A stretch of DNA of 64,000 bases from an uncultured virus (IMG/VR IMGVR_UViG_3300042397_001885) (IMGVR_UViG_3300042397_001885), one strand, 5' to 3'; positions 10,101 to 21,600 are shown, counted from the first letter of the stretch. The notes: generated by a model from the letters alone, not told the origin. Numbers and translations: made by a program.

Positions 10101-11986
10101 ATGATAACAAAGTTATTGTACTCGTCAAAAAACATTGCAGTTTGAGTAGACTGTGCTAGTCTTTGTAAAATTTCTGAAACTGAAGTGTCTGGTTCAACAA
10201 AGAAAAAAGGTATTACAGGATCGTTTACAGAGGTTATATTTTTAAAGACATAGTTACTAAAACCTATGTTATCAAGAAGAAGTGCTGCTGCCATGGTTAG
10301 GGTACAATTTTGTAAAAATATTGGTGCAGCTTTATTTGATTCTAGAATAAAATATGCATCTCTTAAGTCTAAAGATATATCTTCCATGCCACTGGTTGCA
10401 ATAGCTGCATTTTCTGAGTAAAATGTTTTTAGTGGAATAAATTTATCATATCCATTAACATTAAGAACTGCTTCATAAAAGTCAAATTTAATTTGTGGCT
10501 TAAGATTGTTTGCAATAATGCTCCCAGTTTTATCCTCTTCGTCAAAAACATTTAACTCTGTAAAAGATCCGTCATGGTTTGACAAGGATACGTTTCCAGT
10601 TGAAGCAACAAGACCTCCAACGGGAAGACCATAGTCTGTTGCCATAATGTTTTTAGTAATTTCATAATCTAAAACATAATCAGTTATGTTAACCTTTAGT
10701 CTTGGAGATATTTCAATTAAATCAAAAGTTTTATTTGGAGCATACATAGTTTCAACAACTAGCCTAATTCCCTTAACAAAGGCAAATTCTCTATAGATGT
10801 CAGTACCTTCAATGTTAAAGTATTCTGGATTTAATATTTTTTTAACTAGTCCAAGCCTTTTTGTATCGTCATCTTCTAATAGTGAAAATCCATATTCTAC
10901 ATCATAGTCTGCCCACTCTTCATCTTCCTGGCTCCAAACATAAAGAGTTCCTGCATTAGTTGATGAGGCTCCAACTATATATGCATCTCCATCTCTTGTA
11001 TTGTTAGAAAAATTGTACAAACTAGTGTCTGGTAATTGATCAAAAGAATCTAAATAGCTATATAGGTTAAAGTTTGTTCTAAATCTTTCTGGAATTTTTA
11101 TTCCATAATATACTTCTACATATCCATCCCAAGGAACAATTCTTGACCCATCTCTTCTAGTAGACGTTTCATCAAACTGTATTGCGTCAGCCCAGTTATT
11201 GTTTTCATCAAGGTATTGTATTTTCCATTTTTTTGGAACAGAAGATTTTGATATATCTTTCATTGGATCTGCTATTAAAGAATTGTTTCTTCTAATTTCT
11301 TCAGGAACTAGAGAGTCTCCATTAACACCAACTGCTGCTGGATCAGCTAGATTAGTTTGCATCTTTACGACTATTCTATTTGTAGCTACCTTGTTTTTGT
11401 AAGTAACAAATGGGGCACAGTCTTTTATTTTGTAAGAAGGATTATCAGTGGTAAAAAATGTAGCAACCTGACTAGATATTCCAAACTCTTGACCAGATTC
11501 TTTTCTATAAGAGTTCCAGTATTTAAAGTTGTCAAACCTTGAAGAAAAATAATACCTTGGTCTTCTTCCAGATCTAAAGCTGTCAACAAACTTGGTATTA
11601 TTAATATTAGACTCTCCAAAATACAACATCTTGTTGATTCCAGATCTAGGTCTAAAAGGCTTAATGCAATCCTTTAAAGAGTAGTAAGATTCTCTATCAC
11701 TTTCTTTTGTAATAAAAGTAACTGGCTCATCTGGGTCTTCTGTTTTATATTCAGAAATGTAGTTTGAATCCAAGGCATTGGTATAAGAATTTACAACATC
11801 TTGTGGATCATATTCTGGATAAATATTTCTATATACTACATCTGATCCATCTGGTCTAAACCTATAGTTACCATAGTTTTCAAGGTTAGTAAAATCATTT
11901 TGATTCCACTCTGCAATAACCAAGGAATCTATGGATACACTATTCTTTGTTTTAAGATGGTTAATTAAATCATTATCTGAAAACAT
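7130..11986 (-). CDS. large minor tail protein (hub/central fibre-like), 1618 aa
   Basis: Two genes after the tape measure; LQRLAQSTQTAMFFDEYNNFV and C-terminal HIQLGDIVKI hub-like motifs. Confidence 0.8.
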   Translation of the reverse strand: MFSDNDLINHLKTKNSVSIDSLVIAEWNQNDFTNLENYGNYRFRPDGSDVVYRNIYPEYDPQDVVNSYTNALDSNYISEYKTEDPDEPVTFITKESDRESYYSLKDCIKPFRPRSGINKMLYFGESNINNTKFVDSFRSGRRPRYYFSSRFDNFKYWNSYRKESGQEFGISSQVATFFTTDNPSYKIKDCAPFVTYKNKVATNRIVVKMQTNLADPAAVGVNGDSLVPEEIRRNNSLIADPMKDISKSSVPKKWKIQYLDENNNWADAIQFDETSTRRDGSRIVPWDGYVEVYYGIKIPERFRTNFNLYSYLDSFDQLPDTSLYNFSNNTRDGDAYIVGASSTNAGTLYVWSQEDEEWADYDVEYGFSLLEDDDTKRLGLVKKILNPEYFNIEGTDIYREFAFVKGIRLVVETMYAPNKTFDLIEISPRLKVNITDYVLDYEITKNIMATDYGLPVGGLVASTGNVSLSNHDGSFTELNVFDEEDKTGSIIANNLKPQIKFDFYEAVLNVNGYDKFIPLKTFYSENAAIATSGMEDISLDLRDAYFILESNKAAPIFLQNCTLTMAAALLLDNIGFSNYVFKNITSVNDPVIPFFFVEPDTSVSEILQRLAQSTQTAMFFDEYNNFVIMPKEYLMPDISIRDNNLAISERLTNLYGQKTDNFVPNIEAIAGFETNILNDGQINYTTRYIQREVSRLEQASLSLSERTYGYKSSILWELGDQKELRTINQPTANTGYALGAVTLNTSLPDFAPYVRNHQIVNNTIDVGESAFWLPRFQGYLYANGEIIRYDAQQYHVDAPSASATNGLVWITSNNEYQKYFSNLVFNGKMTLTGLLRIYTEPYYENASGSNFENLEENVRYKNGDVRSHGRGQFGTGIVNHFAGLNPYWEDPDNRRSFRMDSGNIYSTIPAKFFPNLELEVPITTIIPYEFYTDSEFVQGILNPRLSYGRGSEQHYIAKAMGYTDPLAYSVRAAEMVGVYRNLSPYRKNVITGMIIRANSSTQNVFGYMSGFNMTQISDEPPRYNYAMPLGDDPISKSQSLVHGKIANFMKQSTRTEGFSSYSQQDTAGIQSSALVFSGPYPVPSLANPVFNRTELSATTETDLVNYVYKSLDTDYTHVGTRMRIIGKQKDDDTQSALNSIKLFDIDQNSSTGGLNVKELSGGAGGIGYMLDPITNSGYYLEIASLSSDVLKEFTNSGSVSSGSVSSGSVSSGSVSYEPVIENIIFYKVENRPYLRQKTGKTNIAVPKKLWGSLARILVDEGKFIGSDRATSQEIPVYDLSLDVQISRNGSRISRIDFSIYLNNVLIGIVSDETPLQMPVDGLKTGLFTRGSSRCMFENIYALKNIKENDTPLLEKIEGAFSAESLRKYSLPAAIQRTYMSSIGTETRPTVDFYFEEFGTILRECAYFNIKYDQAYPALIAKIVPPFTVEKSYEISGFLPGSYGAEFLLFNTTDKAIDLSENSTNRIMIQGITFTQNISNVLTVDDYFKELSNFSDPVITENNLIISPERSEKIYDNIKNSRAIYGNKSFSLDSVYIQNEDSAKDVMKWILDKTIKPRKVFEIDTFGTSHIQLGDIVKIDFDLPEGVKLVDENKKFVVISATYNRSSSDVQSQLRLMEV
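8343..8399. repeat. perfect 15-bp tandem repeat x3.8 encoding (SGSVS)n
   Basis: GATACTGAGCCAGAA x3 + GATACTGAGCCA. Confidence 0.95.
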
Positions 11987-12624
11987 TATACCTCCTCAAT
12001 AGAAATAGATATGTCCCATAGATCGTGATTAGACCCACCTCTTTTGACAACGTTGTAACTAAAGTCTGAGAAAAATACTTCTAACACTTCTGAATACTTA
12101 TTTAAACTAGTATATTTTCCAACAGTAAAACTTTGAGGCTTGTCGTAAGATAAAAATGCATAAAATGATCCTGGATTTGTTTTGTACCATTCTAATAGCT
12201 CTGATCCTCCAGCACCGCCATCTGCTGTATATTCTATCAAGGTGTGCTCTGCTGGAAATAGTCTTGGATTTTTTGGAGTATCTGGAACCAAAGAGTCTGA
12301 TGTTTGAATTCCATTTTCATCAAACTCTGGATCTTTGCTGTAAGATCTTGAAGGAAGCATGTCATAAGAAAAAGATATCTCCATCTTATCTGCAATATGA
12401 TAAGAACGCATATGACCATTTACCATTCTTTTTTTACTTTCAATTCTATTAGCATTAAAAGAAATGTCACTTCTATTATGGTCAGAAAGTATTAAGAAGT
12501 CTTGTCCTTCAACTCCAGAAATTTGTGGAACACCATTTAAAATTCCTCCAGAGTTATTTGAAAAAATAATTGCTTGTGGTCTTTCCCACTTTTTTCTAGA
12601 ATTTAAATATGCACTACTAACCAT
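11986..12624 (-). CDS. distal tail-like protein
   Basis: Immediately after the tape measure; RMVNGHMRSYHIADK, ends WDISISIEEV. Confidence 0.7.
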   Translation of the reverse strand: MVSSAYLNSRKKWERPQAIIFSNNSGGILNGVPQISGVEGQDFLILSDHNRSDISFNANRIESKKRMVNGHMRSYHIADKMEISFSYDMLPSRSYSKDPEFDENGIQTSDSLVPDTPKNPRLFPAEHTLIEYTADGGAGGSELLEWYKTNPGSFYAFLSYDKPQSFTVGKYTSLNKYSEVLEVFFSDFSYNVVKRGGSNHDLWDISISIEEV

Positions 12625-15600
12625 TAGTATCTATTGCTCCTTAAATTTCCTCTATTTTGCTGTGAAAGCTTTGCCATAACTACATTTGCAATATCGTCTG
12701 GTGAGGCATCTGTTCCAGCAACATTAACATTTAAGTTATATACATTATTATACATTGTTTCAGTAACTCTTGCATCACTAATTCCAGTATCATATCTTCC
12801 AGAATCACTAAAGCTAAACTTAGGCTCCTGCATGTTTGGCATTTTAAAAGCACCCATATTTATTGCTTCAAGCAGTGACATTCCATATTTATCCACCATA
12901 GATCTTCTTACTACAAATTCTCCAGGGGTGAGCATTGCAGATATACTGTCAGTATTTCCAGGTCCTGCAACAAGACCTCCACTGTTATATCCAGAAAATG
13001 CTTTTGATGTAGAGGCTCTTGCTTCTTTTACTAACTCTGTAATCTCTTGCCTTCTTGCTTCTGAAAGAGCCCAATAAACATTGTCCATCTCGTCTGCTTT
13101 TACTGTTCTAGCAGTTGGATTCGAATAGCCCAACTTTCTGGCTATGTAATGCTGCTCACTTCCATTTCCATAAGAAACTTTTGAGTCTTTTATTCCAGCA
13201 TTGAATTGAGCTTTTGTATAATAGCTATAAACAGGTGGTGGTGGCGGTGGTGGCGGTGGAGGTGGTGGCGGTGGAGGTGGTGGAGGAGGCGGTGGTGGAG
13301 GAGGCGGTGGTGGTGGAGTTACTGGAGTTACAGCAGCTACAGGAGTTGGAGCAGCAATTACTGCAGCAGCTCCTCCTCCGCCACCAGCACCCAATGTTGT
13401 ATTTGCAGCAGCTCCAGGATTTCCAATGTCAGCTGCTGCAGCTGCTGCCTGAAGGGTATTATAGGCATCAATATAATTTTGAAAATCTATTAAAGCTTGA
13501 CCAGTTAACCCCTGTGCTCTTAAGGCTTCAATATTTTGTCTCATTTTTATTAACAAAACTTGCTGTTCTAACTTCATTCTTTGATCATCTAGTACTTTTT
13601 GTGCAAGAGAGTTAGCATAAAGTTGGTCTTGAATTAAAATCATGTCTTGTTCATTTTTGTAAATAGTCTCACCAAACTGAGATATTTGTTCTGTAATTTG
13701 CTTTCTTGTCATCATTACACCATTTACAGAAACTGTTAACGATTCAAGTTCTTTTTGTCTTTTTGCTTCAAGTGCTGCCCTTGCGTCCTCAATTCTAAAC
13801 TGTGCCTCTTCTTGTTGCATTGCACTTGCTGCACCTGCTGCAGCAGAAATATCTCCAGATGCAAGTGCTGAAGCTAGGTCTAATCTTGAACGATCTTTTT
13901 GAGCAATTCTATCATTTGCATTAGCAACCTTATCAAGAGCCTTTACTCTATCATCATAAGTTGTATTAATCTTTTCTTCTTCTTTTGCTAACAAATCAAG
14001 AGCATGGTTTCTTAAACTTATTTGACGTTGTATTAACTCATTTTCTCTTTCCATTCCAGAAAGGGAGTTTTGTAATGCAGAATTCTTAATATTTATTGCT
14101 GAAGATTCTGCATCTATTGCATCCATTGTTCTTTCTTGAGAAGTCTGTGTTAAATAATCAAGTGCTCTTTGAACATTTAGCTGAGAAGTTAGCTGTTTTA
14201 CATATTCCTCCCTTTGTGTAGTAGTCATTGCAAGATACTTTTCTGTATCTATCATTCCCAAAACTTCTGCCCCAGCAGCAGCAGCGATTGGAGAAATTGC
14301 ATTAAAGTAATTTTGCATTTCTTGAGTTTGTTGTTGCATGTCTGTAATTTCCATTGCAGCTGCTAGCTTAGCCTGTGCCAAAGTCTGCTTATTTAGCTCT
14401 GCAATATATGCTTTTCTTTGAGCAGTGTTCATAGCAAGGAATGCTTTTTGATCAATCATTCCTTCAATGTCTGAGCTTATTGCAACACCTAGTCCACCTA
14501 GTGCAGCAGAATATTTTTGCATATCGCTAGTTTGTTTTTTGGCATCTGCAAGTGCCATAGTTGCTGCTAGCTTAGCTTGTGCTACTGATTGTTTATTCAG
14601 CTCTGCAATGTATGCCTTTCTTTCTTCAGTAGTCATAGCAAGGAATGCTTTCTGGTCAATCATTCCTTCGATATCTGAAGTTATTACAACACCCAAAGAG
14701 TTAAGTGCTTTTGAATATTTTTTCATATCTGCTGTAGCTTTTTGAGTTTCTGCTAAAACTGTTACTGCATTTAATCTTTGTTGATACGCAATTTGCTTTT
14801 GCATTTCTTTAATCAATTTCTTTCTATTTTCAGTAGAAAGATTCATGTATACATCTTGAGGAATCATGCTAAGGGCTTCTATATTGTTAGCTGTTGCAGC
14901 ACCTTTAACTAGGTTTGTGTAATTTTTAAGAACTTTGTTATTCGTAGTAGCATCTTTTAAGAAAGTTTTTGCTTGAGCCTTTTTGCTAGGAGGCTTTGTT
15001 CCGCCAGAGCTACTACCGTTGTCATCAGTATTAACAACTGTCTGAGGAATTACTGACTGGATAGCTTTTTGTTGATCTGCTACAGCTTTTTTCCAAACCT
15101 CTAGTCTCTTGTAGTAGGCTGACATTTCTGCAGGAGCTCCTGACTGAGGAATAGTTGGTGCATTTCCAACTGACATAGTTGCAATGGTAAATGATGCTAA
15201 ATATGATTTTTGCTCACTTGCAGGAAGTGCACCAAAGGCATCTACTTCTGCCTGTGTCATGTCGTACCCAGTACTTTCAAATACAACGCTCTTTACTTTA
15301 GCTTCATCTCCACCTAGAGAATCAAACATTTCTTGAGCTTTTTTATTTGCAGCCTCTAACTCTTTAACTGGATCTTTTCCAGGTCCTTTGAGTGCGGTAT
15401 AGATTGCCTGAGCATCTGCTCCCTTTGGCATAAGTTCTGCAATTTTATCAATAGCATCTTTTTGTGTTTTATAGAATGCATCTACATCTTGTTCTTTATT
15501 ATCTCCAGAGAAATATTCCATTGCTAGAGATAGGTCATATCCTTCTGGAAGACTATTTAAAAGCTGTGCAAATTTTTCAACATTAGCAGTTGACTCTGTT

Positions 15601-18600
15601 ATCTTTGCTTGATCTTCTGCACTTACCCCTGAAATTCCACTTACTAGTTGAGAAGTAGTGACACCCATCTTATTTACATTAGGAAGTGCAGCACTAACAT
15701 TGCTTGCCATAGTATTTGCTCTTGCAGCCTGTTGTTCAGGAGTTAGGTTCACAAGATTAGATGCTGCAGATTCAGCAAACTTTCTAATTTGTTCCTTTTC
15801 TGCTTCAGCCCTAATTTCTTCTGAGGTTAAGCCATCTGCTGCTGCTGTAACTAGTTCATCTGCTATTTTTGCATAGATGTCTGTTATGTCTCCAATTTTT
15901 GCTCCAGCATTTTCTTCAGTTATTCCATCCAAAGTGCTTGCCATAATTCCAGTTACTACATCTTTTTGAGCTTGATCTAGCTTGTCCATATCTTTTTGGA
16001 ACAGCTTATTTGAAATACTATCAGTTGTTACATTAGATGCAACTGCCTGAGCAGTATCTCCCTTAAATCCAGAAAGCACTAACTGGTCTTTAATTCCTTG
16101 TGCCTGTGCATCTGCACTTGCTCCAATGTCTATAGCCTTCTTAACTCTTTCATACTCAACTTGTCTCATTTCATTAATTTGTTTTAAAGAAGATTCGAAC
16201 TGAGTATCTGTTATTAATCCTTTAGACCTTTCTTCATTTAATAAAGATTCGGCATTGTTTAATTCTTTTAATGTTTGAATAGTTGCTCCAAATGATTTGG
16301 ATGACTCTGCAACCTGTTTTTGTTGATTTTTTATTGCTAGATTGTAAACTGCTATACCAGCCACTAATCCAACTACAGCACCAGCTACAGCACCAACAGC
16401 AGTTCCAACAACTGGAACTACTGATCCTATTGCACCACCCATTGCTGCTAGCTTTGCAGTTGATGCAGCGATTGCAACTCCTGCACCTAAACCTGCAGCT
16501 AACCCAATTCCTCCATACTTTACATTGGAACTAGTTCCAGCAGTATTATTTCTTTTTGCCTCTTCAGCTTTTGCTTTTTCAAAATCTGAAACCGTTGAAG
16601 AGTCTGCAGCTGCCTGTCTTTTAGAAATTTCACTAATCATTGCTTGAGATCCACTTTGAAGCCTTCCAGATCTAATAAGAGCTACTGTTTTTGATTTTAA
16701 TAATGAATCGTCTAATGCAAAAGCTATTGCAGATCCAAAAGACTCTGCTTTTTTAGGATCCATTCCATCTGCTATTGCAAATGTTAGCATTGATGCAACT
16801 TTCTCATACCTTTCTTCAGAAGAAGCACCCTTTAAGTCTTCTACAAGCTTTTTACCCTCATCAGTATCAAAGAAAGGCATCATTTCAGCAGCACCTTGTG
16901 ACTGCTCTTCTGTAAATCTAAAGTCTTGTACTGAAGATCTTGTTGACGCAAATCCATAACCAGTTGCAGCACTAATTGTTTCCATTCTATTTGCTGCCCC
17001 ACCAAGGTTTGACCCAAATTCTGCAGCTGATTTAGCAGTATTATCCATATCCTTTTTAAACATTAAGAATCCTGCAGCAGCAGCTCCTACTGCTAGGGTT
17101 AGTCCTCCTAAAATTGGACCAAACTGTTGAAGCATTGGAAGAATAGCCATAGCACCTCCAGCAGCCATCATCATTTGCTGTTGCTTTGGATCTTCTACAA
17201 AACCTGAAGCCATCATTGGAATCATTGAAGCCATCATCATTCCTTGACCAGCTTTTTGCATTCTTTCTGCTCTAAGAGCCTTTGCTTCAGGAGTTCCCAT
17301 AGCTGCCCTTGTGTTTGCCACAGCCTGTTTTGCATCTTGCATTCTTGGAACAACATTCCATTTTCCATAATCTTTAATAGAATTTTTTAAATTATTTGCT
17401 CCATTTGCAACAGACTTACTTGTATCTTTAAAAGAAGTTAACATTGGTTTGGCTGCATCTGAAATTGCTTTTCCAGATTCTTTATATGCGTCTAATATAT
17501 ATTTTGGACCTGTTTTTAATGCTGCCTGGACTGGTGCAATTTTTTCAGCAGAACCCATTCCACTAAAGACATTGTATCCAGTGGCGGATCTTGATTGCTG
17601 GTATGATGCTGAAGGTCTAATTCCTTTTATTCTTTGAGCATTTGTCAATGAACCAAGAGGGTTAACATAGTCTCCAAGACCATACCTTCTTGTTTCTCCG
17701 TTATTAATTGCCTGTAGCAAAGGAAGATTTTTTGCAGTAGCATCTTTATTAATTACAAACTCTCCAGGAGTTAGCATTGCAGGAACTGTATCAGTATTTC
17801 CTACACCTGGAACAAGAGTTCCACTATTTGCCTTTAGCACTCCTTGGAATCTTGAAGCACTTGTATATATCTCTCCACTTAAACCTCTAATTGAAGTAAG
17901 GTCTCTAAGCATAATTGCAGAGTATGCTTCATCTGCATTTTTATATCCAGATGCTCTTGCTAACTCATCTAATTTTGATCTATCTCCAATTCTAGAAGGT
18001 AGTTTAAAGGAAGACACTCTTGCAATAGCTGACTCAACAGCATCATCATACATTTTTGTAAATTGTGCTTTAGTTAATTTTTCACGAGCAATAGAATCTC
18101 CAAGCATTTTAACAAAGTCTTTTGATGCCCCTGTTTTTTCAATAACCTGTGTAATTGCTTTTGCTGTATATGCTCCAGTATTTGTTGCTTCATTTCCAAA
18201 ACTAATTTCAGATCCAGTAGCTCTTCTAAATACACCTTTTGAATTTCTAATTAGCTTAACACCTGCAGCACCAGGATCAATTGTTGCAAGTCTTCCTCCA
18301 CGAGTTGAAATAATATTTCCAGCTGTTGCATCCATATCTCCAAGCATTGATGAGGCAGGAATTTGCTTGACAAGTTCTTTAGTAGAAAGAGTTGATCCTG
18401 ATTTCATTCCTGGAATCATTGGAGCAGTTGTTGCAAATATTTCTCCTTCAGGACCGTCCATTCTTACAATTCTTGATCCAGGGGTTGCAGTTCCTGCAAT
18501 TGCTCTTCTTGCCGCATTTCCAATTAATTCTGCCTGAGCTTCTTGAAGAGTTTGAAATGGCTTAACAAACATTTTTCTGCCATTAACCTCATAAACTCCA

Positions 18601-21600
18601 GCTAGGCTTCTAAACCTACTACTATGTCCTTCTGACTCTGCAATCTTTGTTCCAGAGAACTTTTCAAATTGGTTTTTTGCAACAACACGATTTGGCATCA
18701 TTCTGCCAAAATATTGCATACCTCCAACAGCTCCACCAGCATTAAAATCTTGAACTTCTGCATGTGCATTGTTATATGTGCGACCTGCATTATATCTTTG
18801 ATTTGAATACGATAATCTTCCAGGTATAGGTCGTGACTGTCCTGCATTTATTTCAACTCGTGTTCCATCACTTGCAGTATATATGTATGTACCACCTCTA
18901 GGAGCATTTGGAACAGGTTCAAACTTTGGATGTATGCCACCAGTATCACTAAATCTAATAGAATCCTTAATGTATGGTTCAAACCTTTTCATTGATCTTG
19001 AACCAATTTCTGTATTCATTATTCTTGCTGTAGACAACAATCTTTCTTGAAGAATAGTTGAAAGATTTGCTGCCCTTAATGAGTCAACAATAATTCTTCC
19101 GTATTCAGGATCTGAAAATTTATGAGATTCTGGAGACCTTTTAACAATTTCTATAGCCTTAGATCTTAGTGCTGAGTCAATTCTTGAATAATGAGCAGGA
19201 TCAAGGTTAGCTTCATCTAATATGTGTTTAAATGGAGAGACTGGAGTTGAGGTTCCATGAAGTTGAGGATTTAGTGCAAAAAGATCTTCCATTTCTTTTC
19301 TAGCAACGCCAAGATTAGGGTTGCTCACTCCACGCCTCAGACTATTATTAAAGTCAAACTCTTTTCCATAGCTGGTATCACCCTCAAGTGCTGGACCCTC
19401 TCTTTTATATCTTGGTGTTGGAGTGATAAGTCTTGCCTTTTCACCCATAACATTAGCTGGAGCTCCTAGTGCTACCAAGTCTGCCGTTAGTTCATCTATA
19501 ACACTCTGTGGTGCGTTACCAACGCTTTGAACATTTCGAATAGGTCCTTCCTGTACATCTTGTTGAGCTCTTTGTTGGTTGGGCGATGTTCGTCTTGCTG
19601 TCACATTTTTTGGTTTTAAAGCTCTTTGGTTTTTAATACGATCTTGTCTTGATAGCAGTGAAAGATTTCCAAATCTTTCTTCAAGACTTATCCCTTTAGC
19701 CTGAGCTTCAGGTCCAAACATTCTAAGATATCTTTCCTTAATAGCCTGATTTCTTGCTTGACTATTTCTTAAAACCATTGATCCAAGATTGTATCCAGGA
19801 ATCATTCCGCCCTTATTAAATTTATTTCCACTATTGATTGCATCAAGAAGTGCATAATTTTTTGCAGTTGCCTCTTTGTTTACAACAAACTCTCCTGGAG
19901 TAAGCATTGCTGGAACGGTGTCAGTATTTCCAACTCCTGGAACCTGTGTTTCTCCAGATACAAATATTGGTCCACCAGCATTTCTTCTAAGGGCTCTAAC
20001 TGTAACAGAACCAGTTTTACCTGCACCTGCTGCAGCTCCTGCCATACCTGCAGTTTTAAATGCTGGATTAAATGCTGCTGCCTGTGCCTGTGCTGATATA
20101 AGAGTTCTGTACTCTGCAGTAAGCTTTGCCACAGCTATTCTTGCAATATCTGTAGAAGTAGCCTGTTCTAGCATTGCTGCTTTAGCAATATGTGTAGCAG
20201 ATGACAATTGCTTTGCAGCAGTTGCTGCTTCTAGTTCTTCAATTGATAAATATTTGGTAGATTGCGTAAGTGTTCTTATTGCTGCTATTGGACCACCCTT
20301 AATAAGTGACTTTACGAAAATTGCAATTCCATGACTAATTTTTCCAAGTGTTCCAAGCAAGTTAATTAAAAGACCAAGAAACATTGTTCCAGCAGGAATT
20401 ACGACACCAACAAGGACTGCTGCTATTGCTGCAAATTTCTTTTGACCATCAGATAGCCCATTAAATTTTTCAACAATAGTTGTAAGAAAATTTACAAAAG
20501 GAATAGCAAGTTTAACAAATATCTCTCCAATTGGTTCAAGAGATAGCTTTAATCTTTCTACTGCTCCAATAAGCTGTGTTCCTAAAGCATTTTCTACAGC
20601 ACTAAGTTCTTTTTCTGCTGTAGTTTTTAATGCTGCAACATCATACTCCATTAATTGTAAAACTTGACTTGCTTGAGATCCATCTCTAACAATATTTTCA
20701 AACAAAGCTCCAAGTCTTGCATACTGATACTTTCCAAAAACTTTTTCTAATGCCTGTTGCTTTGAAAAATCATCCAAGCCTTTAAGTGCCTCACCAAAAG
20801 CAAATACTGTTCCCATCAAATCTCCACGATTTGTAGAAATTATCTTATCTAGATTAATTCCAAAACTTCCCAAAGTTTCTGTTGCTGCTTTTGTTGGATT
20901 AATTAAAGATGCAAGACCAGACTTTAGTGCGTTAGCACCCTGTTCTGCACTAACACCACCTTCTTGCATTGCTGCAAGGAATACTGACATGTCTCGTACA
21001 TCTCCACCAAGACCTTTAATAACTGGGGCAACTCTTGGAATTGCTGCAGACAAGTCTTGCAAAGAAACTACTGTTTGATTTTCAACCATATTTAAAAAGT
21101 TAATTGTATCTGCAAGGTCTTCTCCAGAAAGTCTAAAAGCAGATTGCAGGGCTATTGTAGTCTTTAAAGCTTCTTGCTGCTCCATCTGACCAAGAGTTGC
21201 TAGTCTTGTTGCTTGTCTTGTTGCATCTATTAAGTCTGCATTTCTTGCACCAGAAGCTGCTGCATTTGCAGCCATTCCAATAGTATCTTTTACTGCAATT
21301 CCATATTTTGTATATTCTTCAGCAAGTTGTCTAACTTGTGCAATATTTTGATTTACTTCTTCTGGAGTTGTAAAAGCATCTCCATAAACCTTTTTAAGAT
21401 TAACTAATTCTTTTTCAATATCCATAAAGGTTTTACCTGCGACTGTTCCTAAAACAGTTAAAGGTACGGTAAAGCCAACCATAAGCTGACGACCAGCCCA
21501 CTGAACATTTTTACCAAAGTTAATCATGTGGGTTGTTCCCTGTCTAAACATTGTATTTAGAAGGGCTTGTCTTTCTGCTGCAATTGCTGCTTTAGAGGCA

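Noticed and set aside
8951..13229. Diversity-generating retroelement TR/VR pair as explanation for the shared domain
   Set aside because: Differences are extensive and not adenine-specific, both copies are coding, and there is no reverse transcriptase in the window
13206..13615. Trp/Arg-rich and Val/Glu-rich plus-strand ORFs
   Set aside because: Reverse-strand readings of the polyproline codons
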